Shown: positions 28,782 through 38,157 of the stretch, piece after piece
Numbering within the stretch: the first letter of the stretch is position 1
How the letters are laid out: each line of letters opens with the position of its first letter
Origin: an uncultured Chloroflexia bacterium
Lineage (GTDB): Bacteria > Chloroflexota > Limnocylindria > Limnocylindrales > CSP1-4
Assembly: GCA_963819655.1 (NCBI GenBank)
Contig: CAWFXA010000001.1
Location: 160,001-224,000 of the forward strand
DNA length: 64,000 nucleotides
Reading direction: 5' to 3'
Position numbers and translations under genes: made by a program
Notes under the pieces: model-generated
What the model was told of the DNA's origin: nothing
The model's database searches: none
The model's input: only the letters and a program-made list of their open reading frames with translations

Positions 28782-30101
28782 TCAGCCCGCGCGACGGGCA
28801 GCGGCGATGAACGCCCGGATCCCCGGCCGCTGTCCGTACAGCAGCACGCCGGTGGCGTAGATCCGCACGGTGGCAACCGCGACCAGGGCGATCGTGGCCA
28901 GCAGGATGCCGACCGACAGCGCGACCTCCCACGGCTGGACGTCGCTGACCATGAGCCGCGAGAGCATCGCGAAGGGGCTGAGTGGCGGCACGAACGACAC
29001 GATGCGGCCCATCAGCCCGCCACCGCCCAGCAGCACGACCAGTGCCGAGAGGTAGCCTGCCATCGCGACCAGGCTGAGCGGGAGCGACAGCGTCTGGAGG
29101 TCGTCGGGCCGGCTCACAAACGAGCCGACCGCCGCATAGATCAGCGCAAACAGGACGAAGCCGAGCAGGAAGAACAGGCCGTATGCGGCGAGGAGGCCGA
29201 TCGTGAGGCCCCCGGTGGGCAGGCCGACTCCACCATCCCCGAGCACCGCCCGGGCGATCTCGTCCTGGAACGCGAGCACGAGCACGGCAGGCACCGCGAT
29301 CGCGACGTACTGGGTCAGGCCGGCCCCGCCGATGCCGAGGACCTTGCCGACCAGCAGCTGGCGTGGCGACGCCGCGCTGATCATCAGCTCCATGACCCGG
29401 CTGCTCTTCTCGGTCGCGACGCCCGTGGCGACCCACATCCCGTAGATCAGGATCGTGATGAACATCAGGATGATGAACACCGTGCCGAGGAAGCCGCGGC
29501 TGGCGACGACGACGGCATCGACCGCACGCCCGTCCTGGGTCGGCGCGATCAACGACTCTTGTTCGAACTTCGGCGTTCGGAACGTACCCAGGTCAGAGCC
29601 CTGCGGCAGCGAGCTCGTCCAATCGATGATGCCGACCGACAGCGCGACGAACCCCGCGAGCTGGGCCTGGACGCTATCCGCGGGCCCGTTGGTTCGGTAG
29701 GTGACCCCGAGCTGCCCGTCGGGCAGCCGGGCGACCTCGATGATCGCGTCGATCCGGCCGGCCGCGAGCTCGTGGATCGCGAACTCGCGATCGGTCTCGC
29801 GCAGGATCTCGAACGGTGGGGTCCAGTCTTCGGCGGCGACGCCGGGTGGCGGGATGTTCATGATGCCGTTCGCGGTCGCCATGGTGCCCGTCGCCAGCTG
29901 GTCGTCGTCGGCCACGATCGCGATCCGGTCGACCGTCGAACGGTCGAGGTAGCGCAGGCCGATCGGGGTGATCGCGACGCCCACCGCGAGCAACATCAGG
30001 ATCACGGTCGAGATGCGATAGAGCCTGCTGCGGACCCGGTCGACGTATTCGCGCCGGGCGACGATCAGGGCATTGGGCAGCAGCGGGTCGTGGCGCGTCA
30101 T
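28782..30101 (-). CDS. ABC-2 permease (NatB-like)
   Basis: ARREY..RVRSR start, VATEKSSRVMEL.IS, GKVLG. Confidence 0.9.
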   Translation of the reverse strand: MTRHDPLLPNALIVARREYVDRVRSRLYRISTVILMLLAVGVAITPIGLRYLDRSTVDRIAIVADDDQLATGTMATANGIMNIPPPGVAAEDWTPPFEILRETDREFAIHELAAGRIDAIIEVARLPDGQLGVTYRTNGPADSVQAQLAGFVALSVGIIDWTSSLPQGSDLGTFRTPKFEQESLIAPTQDGRAVDAVVVASRGFLGTVFIILMFITILIYGMWVATGVATEKSSRVMELMISAASPRQLLVGKVLGIGGAGLTQYVAIAVPAVLVLAFQDEIARAVLGDGGVGLPTGGLTIGLLAAYGLFFLLGFVLFALIYAAVGSFVSRPDDLQTLSLPLSLVAMAGYLSALVVLLGGGGLMGRIVSFVPPLSPFAMLSRLMVSDVQPWEVALSVGILLATIALVAVATVRIYATGVLLYGQRPGIRAFIAAARRAG

Positions 30102-31045
30102 CAGGCCGCGTCCTCGGCAAGGGCGGGCTCGTCGTCATCGTCCGGCGGTCGACCGACCAGCTCGACGAAGATCGCCTCGAGGGACGGCTCGGCGACCTCG
30201 TAATGGCTGACGAGCGCGCCGCGTTCCAGGGCGGCGGCCAGAACGTCCCGGGGTTCGGTCCCAGGCCGCAGCTCGAGCTCGGCGAAGCCGGCGCCGGGCC
30301 TGACCGCCATGACCCCATCGATCGATGTCAGCCAGGTCGGCAGGATCTCGCCCTCCACGCCAAGCCGCACGGTCCGCGCCCGCGATCGGCGTTTCAGGTC
30401 CGCCAGCGTGCCACCTGCCACGAGCCGGCCGTGGTCGATGATCGCTAGCGACTCGCACAGGGCTTCGGCCGCCTCCATCTGGTGGGTCGAGAAGACGATG
30501 GTGCGACCCTCGTCCCGCAGCTCGACGAAGGCGTCGCGCAGGAGCGAGAGGTTGACCGGGTCCAGCCCTGTGAACGGCTCGTCCATGAGCAGGACGTCGG
30601 GTCCGTGCAGGATCGCGGCGATGAACTGGACCTTCTGCTGGTTGCCCTTGCTGAGCTCCTCGGCGCGGCGATGGGCGAGATCCGGGATGCGGAAGCGCTC
30701 GAGCCACACGTGCGCGTTCTTGCGTGCCTGGTCGGCCGACTCGCCGTACAGCCTGGCGAAATAGACGAGCTGGTCGATGACGCTCAGGCGCGGATACAGC
30801 CCGCGCTCCTCCGGCAGGTAGCCGAAGGTCCGTCTCGGCAAGTCCGAGGCGTGCGTGCCCTGCCAGCGGACCTCGCCCTCATCGGCATGGATGATCCCGA
30901 GGCAGATGCGCATGGTCGTCGTCTTGCCGGCACCATTGGCGCCGAGAAAACCGAAGATCCGGCCGCGGGGCACGCTGAACGACAATGCGTCGAGCGCGAC
31001 GGTCTGGCCGAACCGCTTCGTGACGCGGTCGATGTCAAGGGTCAT
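30101..31045 (-). CDS. ABC transporter ATP-binding protein (NatA-like)
   Basis: GANGAGKTT, GYLPEERGLY, LSKGNQQK, MDEPFTGLDP; TATCCT 8 nt upstream of ATG. Confidence 0.93.
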   Translation of the reverse strand: MTLDIDRVTKRFGQTVALDALSFSVPRGRIFGFLGANGAGKTTTMRICLGIIHADEGEVRWQGTHASDLPRRTFGYLPEERGLYPRLSVIDQLVYFARLYGESADQARKNAHVWLERFRIPDLAHRRAEELSKGNQQKVQFIAAILHGPDVLLMDEPFTGLDPVNLSLLRDAFVELRDEGRTIVFSTHQMEAAEALCESLAIIDHGRLVAGGTLADLKRRSRARTVRLGVEGEILPTWLTSIDGVMAVRPGAGFAELELRPGTEPRDVLAAALERGALVSHYEVAEPSLEAIFVELVGRPPDDDDEPALAEDAA

Positions 31046-31334
31046 CGCGCCGGAGGATAGTCCCCACGGGCACCCTTCGCCGCTGGGCCGATGGTCCCGG
31101 TCCGGGTCGGCCCCAAGCCCCCGGCGCATCGTGTCCGCACGAATGCGCCGAAATCGGCGCATCTCCGGTCGAGATCGACGACTTCGTGCACGAAACCCCC
31201 CGCATGGGTCGCCCGCGACCCTGCGGCACGCTCGGGACGCCCGCCCTTCGACGTGTGATGCAACGAAATCGGCGCATTCACGCGGGGAGATGCGACTCGG
31301 ACAGGGCCGTGACCCGTGGTGCGACAATCCACGC

Positions 31335-31745
31335 GTGACCCAGATGGCGACAGGCCCCGCGACGACTCCGACCCGCATCCACGCGGATCGGGCTGCCGGC
31401 ACGCTCGCGATCGACTGGGCCGACGGGCACGTCACCGTGTACGGCTTCGAGCCGTTGCGCTGGCTGTGCCCCTGCGCATACTGCCGCGGGGAGGCGGGCA
31501 TGCCCGGCTGGCTCGACAGCGCCCCTACCCTGACGCCGGAGCAGACGGCCCTCACGGACCTCCATCTCGTCGGCAACTACGCGGTCTCGCCGCATTGGGC
31601 CGACGGCCACAAGACGGGCTACTACCCGTTCCGGCTGCTACGCGATCGGTGCCCCTGCCCTGCGTGCACGAGCCGCCGCGAGCTCGAGGGCCAGGGCGCC
31701 ATGCCCACACCGGCACCCGCCGGCACACACGAGGAACACAGATGA
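31335..31745 (+). CDS. DUF971 / GBBH N-terminal-like Zn-binding protein
   Basis: IDWADGH..Y....LR..CPCAYC, VGNYAV...W.DGH.TG.Y....LR; extra C-terminal CPCPAC. Confidence 0.85.
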   Translation: MTQMATGPATTPTRIHADRAAGTLAIDWADGHVTVYGFEPLRWLCPCAYCRGEAGMPGWLDSAPTLTPEQTALTDLHLVGNYAVSPHWADGHKTGYYPFRLLRDRCPCPACTSRRELEGQGAMPTPAPAGTHEEHR

Positions 31746-32092
31746 TCGTCGTCACGACCCCCTACCTCGCCGGCCATCGCATCGTGGACAGCAAGGGCAT
31801 GGTCTTCGGGCTGGTCGTCCGGAGCCGCGGGCTCGGCGGCAACATCATGGCCGGACTCCGCTCCCTGGGCGGCGGCGAGATCCACGAGTACACGAGCCTG
31901 CTGGAGGACACTCGCCGCCAGGCGCTCGACCGGCTCGTCCGCAACGCCACGATGGTCGGTGCCAACGCGATCCTGTCGATGCGTTTCGACTCCTCCGAGC
32001 TGTCCGGGACGATGTCCGAGATCGTCGCGTACGGCACGGCGGTCATCGTCGAACCCGACAAGTCGGCCAAGGCGCCGACGGCGGTCGACTGA
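31742..32092 (+). CDS. YbjQ/UPF0145 family protein
   Basis: MIVVTT, GGEIHEYT.LL...R.QA..R, GANAI..MRFD, AYGTAV. Confidence 0.93.
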   Translation: MIVVTTPYLAGHRIVDSKGMVFGLVVRSRGLGGNIMAGLRSLGGGEIHEYTSLLEDTRRQALDRLVRNATMVGANAILSMRFDSSELSGTMSEIVAYGTAVIVEPDKSAKAPTAVD

Positions 32093-32436
32093 TGGGTGCC
32101 GATCTGGCCCGCCTCCTGGTCCTCGGCCTCGGCCTCGTGCTGACGGTCCTCGGCCTGTCGTTGATCGGCACGCAGCGCGCCGAGGGGCTGTACGCGCTGT
32201 TCATCGGGCTCGCCCTGATCGTCGCTGCGGCCATCGAACGCGTGCGCTATCGCTCCGCCGAAGCCGAGCGGCAGGCGGCCGCTCCTGGGCCTGGCGGCGG
32301 CGAGCCAGCCGGCACCAGCCTCGACCCGCGGTTCCGCCCGACAGAGGAGCGTTTCGAGGATCCGACGACGGGCGTGCGGATGCGGGTCTGGCTCGATCCG
32401 GTGGCCGGTGAACGGCGGTACGTCGCCGAGGAATGA
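32092..32436 (+). CDS. Small membrane protein of unknown function
   Basis: Two TM helices then F.PT.E.F.DP..G..MRVW.DP..GERRYV; TGATG coupling. Confidence 0.7.
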   Translation: MGADLARLLVLGLGLVLTVLGLSLIGTQRAEGLYALFIGLALIVAAAIERVRYRSAEAERQAAAPGPGGGEPAGTSLDPRFRPTEERFEDPTTGVRMRVWLDPVAGERRYVAEE

Positions 32437-32517
32437 CCCTTTCGGCCCATCCGGCGCCTTCACTGGGCCGTGCTATCCTCGCCGGCCAGCCCGCAGCACA
32501 GGAGCCGCCCGCTCGAG

Positions 32518-34698
32518 ATGGCCGCCGTCGACCCCGGACCGCCCGCCTCCACCACGGTCGCGGCACGTCCACGGCGCGTCGCCAAGCGGGAAGCGCCCCA
32601 GTTCCCCTACCTCAATCGCGAGCTGTCCTGGCTGGAGTTCAACGCGCGGGTCCTGTACGAGGCGCGCGACGCGCGCAATCCGCTCCTCGAGCGGGTCAAG
32701 TTCGCGGCGATCTTCGCCGGCAACCTCGACGAGTTCTTCCAGGTCCGCATCGCCGGTCTGCGTCAGCAGGTCGACGCGGGAACTGGCACCCGGGCGCCCG
32801 ATGGTCGCACCCCGGCCGAGCAGCTGGCGAACGCCCGTGAGCGCGTCCTCGAACTCGTCGCGGAGCATTCGGCGATCTTCCTGGAGCTGCGCCAGAGCCT
32901 GTCGGCCGAGGGCGTGTCGATGCTCGACTACGCGGCGATCCCCGAGCACCACGAGACGCTCCGCCAGCGATTCCTGGATGAGATCTTCCCGGTCCTGACG
33001 CCCCTCGCCGTCGATCCCGGTCATCCGTTCCCGTACATCTCGACGCTCAGCCTGTCGATCGCGGTCGGACTGCGCGATCCGGAGACCAACGAGCGCGTGT
33101 TCGCCCGGGTGAAAGTGCCGCAGATCCTGCCACGACTGCTCGAAGTCGAGCCGAACAAGTTCATCCCCATCGACCAGGTGATCGAGGCCAACCTCGAATT
33201 CCTGTTCACGGGCATGGAGGTCGTCGATTCGCACCTGTTCCGGGTGACCCGCAATGCCGACTTCACGGTCGAGGAGGACGAGGCGGACGACCTCCTGATG
33301 GCGATCGAGGAGGAGCTCCGTCGCCGGCGGTTCGGCGAGGCGGTGCGCCTCGAGGTCGAGCGCACGATGCCCGCGGCCACCCGCAACCTGCTGTTGCGCG
33401 GTCTCGGCCTCGAGGCCGACGATTGCTACGAGATCACCGGCATGCTCGACCTCACGGCGCTGTACCGGATCGCCGATCTCGACATCCCCGAGCTCCGGGC
33501 GGCGCCGTGGACGCCGGTCACGCCGCCGCGCCTGGTGCCCCCCGACGATGACGAGCCCGCGGACGTGTTCGCGGCGGTCCGCGCTGGCGACATCCTCGTG
33601 CACCACCCGTACGAGTCGTTCGCCGCCACGGTGGAGCGGTTCATCGCACAGGCCGCCGACGACCCGGACGTCCTCACGATCAAGATGACGCTGTACCGGA
33701 CGTCGGGCGATTCGCCGATCGTCCAGTCGCTCATCCGCGCGGCGGAACGCGGCAAGCAGGTTGTCGTCCTCGTCGAGATCAAGGCTCGCTTCGATGAGGA
33801 GGCGAACATCATCTGGGCGCGCAAGCTGGAGCGCGCCGGCGCGCACGTCGTGTACGGCCTGGTCGGGCTCAAGACCCATTCGAAGACCGCGCTCGTCGTG
33901 CGGCGCGAGGGCTCGGGTCTCCGACGTTACGTCCATATCGGGACCGGCAACTACAACCCGAAGACGGCGCGGCTTTACGTCGACCTGGGCCTGCTGACCG
34001 TCCGGCCGGAGATCGGCGCGGACGTCACTGACCTGTTCAATGTCCTGACCGGGCTGTCGCGTCAGCGAACGTTCCGCCGCTTGCTCGTCGCACCACACAG
34101 CCTGCGGTCCGGGTTCCTCGCCCTCGTGGAGCGGGAGATCGCCCACGCCGCAGCCGGCCGGCCCGCGCACATCACTTTGAAGCTCAACGCGATCGTCGAC
34201 ACCCCGGTGATCGAGGCCCTGTATCGGGCGTCGAGCGCGGGCGTCGATATCGATCTCATCGTCCGCGCGGCCTGCTCGCTCCAGCCCGGCATCGCCGGCG
34301 TCTCTGAGCGCGTCCGCGTCCGCTCGATCATCGGCGAGTTCCTCGAGCATTCGCGGATCTGGGGCTTCGCCAACGGCGGCAACCAGGAGTGGTACATCGG
34401 CTCGGCCGACCTGATGGATCGCAATCTCGACCGTCGGGTGGAGGCGGTCGTGCCCGTCGAGGACTCCGACGCAAAGGCGCGCATCGCGGAGATCATCGAG
34501 CTGATGCTGGTCGACGACCGGCGGTCGTGGCAGCTCCAGCCGGACGCTAGCTGGGTGCGCACAGAGACCCTCGATGGCAAGCCCGGGACCATCGACACCT
34601 TCGAGACGCTCAAGGAATGGGCGGTGATGTCGGGTCATGTCGCGTCGGTGCCGCGCCGGCCGGGTTCGGGTGCAGGTTCCCTGGATCCACGGGCGTGA
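32518..34698 (+). CDS. ppk1: Polyphosphate kinase 1
   Basis: NRELSWLEFNARVL, NLDEFF, HHPYESF, LKTHSK, GTGNYN, SADLMDRNLDRRVE; start uncertain (32470/32518). Confidence 0.97.
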   Translation: MAAVDPGPPASTTVAARPRRVAKREAPQFPYLNRELSWLEFNARVLYEARDARNPLLERVKFAAIFAGNLDEFFQVRIAGLRQQVDAGTGTRAPDGRTPAEQLANARERVLELVAEHSAIFLELRQSLSAEGVSMLDYAAIPEHHETLRQRFLDEIFPVLTPLAVDPGHPFPYISTLSLSIAVGLRDPETNERVFARVKVPQILPRLLEVEPNKFIPIDQVIEANLEFLFTGMEVVDSHLFRVTRNADFTVEEDEADDLLMAIEEELRRRRFGEAVRLEVERTMPAATRNLLLRGLGLEADDCYEITGMLDLTALYRIADLDIPELRAAPWTPVTPPRLVPPDDDEPADVFAAVRAGDILVHHPYESFAATVERFIAQAADDPDVLTIKMTLYRTSGDSPIVQSLIRAAERGKQVVVLVEIKARFDEEANIIWARKLERAGAHVVYGLVGLKTHSKTALVVRREGSGLRRYVHIGTGNYNPKTARLYVDLGLLTVRPEIGADVTDLFNVLTGLSRQRTFRRLLVAPHSLRSGFLALVEREIAHAAAGRPAHITLKLNAIVDTPVIEALYRASSAGVDIDLIVRAACSLQPGIAGVSERVRVRSIIGEFLEHSRIWGFANGGNQEWYIGSADLMDRNLDRRVEAVVPVEDSDAKARIAEIIELMLVDDRRSWQLQPDASWVRTETLDGKPGTIDTFETLKEWAVMSGHVASVPRRPGSGAGSLDPRA

Positions 34699-36365
34699 CG
34701 GAGGTCGAGCTCAAGTACCGCGTCGGAGACCTGGCCGCCGCCGAACGATTGCTCGCGGCCGACCGGCTGGGCCCGTTCACCGCCGGCGCCGGCCGCGCAC
34801 GAGCCACGCAGCTCGAGGACCGTTATGTCGACACCGCCGATGGTGCCCTGGCACGTGCCGGTTTCGCGGTCCGCCTCCGCCAGAGTGGTGGTGAGACGAT
34901 CGTGTCCGTCAAGGCGCTGGCCCATGCCGAAGGGTCGAACGGCGCCATGCACCGCGAAGAGCTCGAGGGGCCGGCGGATCGCGTCGCCCCGCCGGTCGAC
35001 TGGCCGGCATCCGATGCCAGGTCGCTCGTCGTCGAGCACGCCGGCGACGCGCCACTGGTCGAGCGCGTCACGATCCGCCAGCTCCGACGCAAGCGCCAGT
35101 TGCGGTCAGCCGCGACGCGTGTCGAGCTGAGCCTCGACGAGGTCGATGTCGTCGAGCGTGGCCGCGTCGTCGAGCGGTTCGTCGAGCTCGAGGCCGAGCT
35201 GACCAAGGGCGATGAGTCCGAGCTGGCCGCGCTCGGCGCCGCGATCGAAACGGAGTCCGGGCTGCAGCGCGCGCGCACCAGCAAGCTCGAGGCCGCTCTC
35301 GCCGCGATCAATGGCTCGAGCGCTGGCGCTGACGCGCCGGTCGCCGGATCGACACCGGCGCCGGGGGCTGATCCCGCACCCGCGGCCCCGCCCGAGATCC
35401 CGTCGAGCGCGCAGGATGCTCCTCGCCTGGTCGTCGGCAAGTCCCCTGGCGTCCTGGCCGAGGACCACATCGCCGAGGCCGGCCGCAAGGTCATGCGCTT
35501 CCACCTCGCGCGGATGCTCGACCGGGAGCCGGGCGTCCGGAGCGGCATCGACATCGAGGATGTCCACAAGATGCGGGTCGCGACGCGCCGGCAGCGGGCG
35601 GCCTGGCGCGTCTTCGGCGAGGCCTACCGGCATGGTCGCACGAAGGCCTATCGCCAAGGGCTCCGCGACATCGCCCGCCGGCTCGGGGCGGTCCGCGATC
35701 TCGATGTCCAGCTCGAGGCGACCGATCATTACCGCGAGGACCTGCCGCGCACCGAGCAGCGAGCGCTCGAGCCGCTGATCGCCGCCTGGCGCCTGCATCG
35801 CGACGACGCGCGGGCCTTGCTCACGCGGGAGCTCGACTCGCCTCACTACGGCCGGTTCATCGACGACTACCTCGACTTCGTCCGGACGGACGGCGCGGCC
35901 GTGGCTTCCATCGGAGCGACCCAGCCACATCGCGTGCGCGACACCGCGCCATCACGCATCTGGACGGCTTACGAGCAAGTCCGCAGCTATGAGCCGGTCC
36001 TGCGCTGGGCCGACGTCCCGACCCTCCATGAGCTGCGGATCGCCGGGAAGTGGCTGCGCTACTCGATGGAGTTCGTCGCGGAGCCGCTCGGGGACAACGC
36101 ATTGCCGCTGATCGCCAAGGTCACTGCCCTGCAGGACCACCTCGGTCTGATGAACGACGCGGACGTCAGCGCATCGATGGCGCGCACCTTCCTCGTCGAG
36201 CACGCCGGGCAACTGAGCCAGGCCGAGGGTGCCGCGATCGGGCGCTATCTGGTCGATCGTGAGCGCGAAGTGGCGCGACTCCGACGAGCGATCGGGGCGC
36301 CGTGGCGCGGCATCGCCGGCCCCGGCTTCCGACGCTCGCTCGGACGGGTGGTCGCGGGCCTCTAG
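34695..36365 (+). CDS. CYTH and CHAD domain protein
   Basis: EVELKY CYTH start, ELEAEL; CHAD VHKMRVATRR.RA, LHELRIAGK.LRY, LQDHLG.MND. Confidence 0.92.
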   Translation: MTEVELKYRVGDLAAAERLLAADRLGPFTAGAGRARATQLEDRYVDTADGALARAGFAVRLRQSGGETIVSVKALAHAEGSNGAMHREELEGPADRVAPPVDWPASDARSLVVEHAGDAPLVERVTIRQLRRKRQLRSAATRVELSLDEVDVVERGRVVERFVELEAELTKGDESELAALGAAIETESGLQRARTSKLEAALAAINGSSAGADAPVAGSTPAPGADPAPAAPPEIPSSAQDAPRLVVGKSPGVLAEDHIAEAGRKVMRFHLARMLDREPGVRSGIDIEDVHKMRVATRRQRAAWRVFGEAYRHGRTKAYRQGLRDIARRLGAVRDLDVQLEATDHYREDLPRTEQRALEPLIAAWRLHRDDARALLTRELDSPHYGRFIDDYLDFVRTDGAAVASIGATQPHRVRDTAPSRIWTAYEQVRSYEPVLRWADVPTLHELRIAGKWLRYSMEFVAEPLGDNALPLIAKVTALQDHLGLMNDADVSASMARTFLVEHAGQLSQAEGAAIGRYLVDREREVARLRRAIGAPWRGIAGPGFRRSLGRVVAGL

Positions 36366-36401
36366 ACGGCTTCGCCTCGGGCGGAGCCTCGGCGGCGTCC
36401 G

Positions 36402-37349
36402 TCAGTGACGCCAGCCGTGCGCGAGCTCCGGCAAGCGATCCCGCCACGCCCGACCGGCGTGGTCGGCGACGAGGATGGCGCCTTCGCGCAGGCTCGCCTC
36501 CGAGACGCGCACATGATCGACGCCATACCTGCGCATCAGCCCATCGATGATCACCGCACCCGCCGGCAGCAGCGGCCCGCGCTTCGGGTTGATGCCGAAT
36601 CGCTCCGTGATGTCCGCCGCCGGGGAGGCGGTCAGGGTGGCCAGCGCCTCGGCCACCCGGTCGCGCGTCAGGATCTCGTCCTTCGACCCGGCCGCGGTGA
36701 CCTTCAGGAGGTTCGAGGCCGTCCCGCCCACAGCGACCAGGTCCGTCGGGTCCGCATCGAGGGCACCCCGCAGGATCTCCTCGGCCGCGGCCTGCATGGC
36801 CTGGATCGCGTCGATGTCGACCGGATCGGATGTCGCGAACCGGGCGGTCAGCCGGCGTGAGCCGAGTCGCAGACCCGCGGCGCGCGGGATGCCTCCGGCC
36901 GTCACGGCACAGAACTCGGAGCTGCCGCCGCCGATGTCGACGACGAGGGTCTCATGGACCACCGGGCGCCCGGCCGTGACCCCGATCAGCGTGAGATATG
37001 CCTCTTCCTCGTGGGTCAGGACGTGGAGCGGGACGCCCGTCGCTGCCTCGACGTCGGCGACGATGCGCATCGCGTCGGCCGCGCGCCTGATCGGCTCTGT
37101 GCCCACGAACGTGATCTCTGCTGCGCCGAGGCCGCGAGCTGTCGCGGCGTAGCGGGTGAGCGCGCCGGCCAGCTCGTCGCGAGCGGTCGCACCGAGATGG
37201 GCGTGGTCGTCGACCGCTGCGCCGAGGCCGAGGAAGACGGATTCGTCCGTCAGGGGCCGGAGCTGGTGGCCCGCGATGGCGGCGACGAGGAGATGGACTG
37301 AATTCGAACCGAGGTCGACCGATGCGCCGATGGGCGGTCGGGGTGTCAC
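36402..37349 (-). CDS. ppx: Ppx/GppA exopolyphosphatase (short form)
   Basis: VDLGSNSVHLLV, EEEAYL, DIGGGSSE, GGTA, SLREG; GTGA overlap with upstream gene. Confidence 0.9.
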   Translation of the reverse strand: MTPRPPIGASVDLGSNSVHLLVAAIAGHQLRPLTDESVFLGLGAAVDDHAHLGATARDELAGALTRYAATARGLGAAEITFVGTEPIRRAADAMRIVADVEAATGVPLHVLTHEEEAYLTLIGVTAGRPVVHETLVVDIGGGSSEFCAVTAGGIPRAAGLRLGSRRLTARFATSDPVDIDAIQAMQAAAEEILRGALDADPTDLVAVGGTASNLLKVTAAGSKDEILTRDRVAEALATLTASPAADITERFGINPKRGPLLPAGAVIIDGLMRRYGVDHVRVSEASLREGAILVADHAGRAWRDRLPELAHGWRH

Positions 37350-37996
37350 GCGGTCGGCTTGGGTTTCGTCGTGCGAGTCGATGCCGCGCGACGCCGGGTC
37401 GCGGGCCTGGGTCGTGTGGCCGTCGTGCTGCGACGTCGGGTCGGCGCCTTTGCGGCGGTCGCCGGCCTGGCGGCTCCGGCTGGCTTCGCGGCTGTGGCCT
37501 TGGCCGCGGGCTTGGCGGCTGTGGCCTTGGCCGCGGGCTTGGCCGGTGTGGCCCTGGCCGGCGCCTTGGCCGCCGCGGGCTTGCTGGCACCGGCGGGCTT
37601 GGCGGCAGCCTTCCTCGCCGGCGTCTTGGTGGCGGTCGCCGTTCGGCCCGGCGTCGAACCGGTCTGCGCCCCGCTCACGCCGCTGGCCGCCTCCCGGATC
37701 GAGGCCACGATCGAGGCCATCTGGGCAGCCGCGTCGGCCGCCTGCCGCTCGCGTTTCGCGAGCTCCTCCCGCAGCCTCGCCGACTGGCGCAGGCGCTTCG
37801 CCTCGGTGGCACGGGCCGCATCGAGCTGCCGCCCGAGCCTTTCGATCCGGCGGCGAGTCGCCTTGGGCACCTCCGCGGCCGCCGCCTGGGACGCGGCCAC
37901 GATATCCCCGACCGCGGCGATGACGTCGGCGGGCATCGAGGACCCCGATACCCTTCCGTCCGCCTTCGTGGCGGATCCTCTCTGCTTGACTGCCAT
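37346..37996 (-). CDS. Coiled-coil protein with histone H1/AlgP-like Lys-Ala-Pro tail
   Basis: AGGAGG SD; central heptad region; AKPAAKATA repeats (27-bp DNA repeats ~37480-37610); stop overlaps ppx start. Confidence 0.75.
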   Translation of the reverse strand: MAVKQRGSATKADGRVSGSSMPADVIAAVGDIVAASQAAAAEVPKATRRRIERLGRQLDAARATEAKRLRQSARLREELAKRERQAADAAAQMASIVASIREAASGVSGAQTGSTPGRTATATKTPARKAAAKPAGASKPAAAKAPARATPAKPAAKATAAKPAAKATAAKPAGAARPATAAKAPTRRRSTTATRPRPATRRRAASTRTTKPKPTA

Positions 37997-38107
37997 CCCT
38001 GCCTCCTGCTCTTGAAATGTCGAATCTGTCGCGGCGGGAACGGTAGCACCCGAAGATCAACCCGGAGCGAGTCGCTCCGCATCGTCGGTCCCTGGTGCGA
38101 ACAGGAC

Positions 38108-38135
38108 GTTAACGACCCGTCGACGGTCGGTTAGC
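38108..38135. promoter_or_regulatory. PHO-box-like 11-bp direct repeats
   Basis: GTTAAC (38108), GTCGAC (38119), GTTAGC (38130) between divergent H1-like/ppx and regulator genes. Confidence 0.55.
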
Positions 38136-38157
38136 GACTGTACGCCATCGTCTCGCC

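Noticed and set aside
32473-34638. Long antisense ORFs (also 49053-51407, 10227-11741, 24641-25156 and others)
   Set aside because: Shadow ORFs expected from high-GC codon bias opposite well-supported genes
36402-38060. 552-aa Ppx with a long N-terminal extension
   Set aside because: The extension is an off-frame reading of the H1-like gene; Ppx homology starts at GTG 37349
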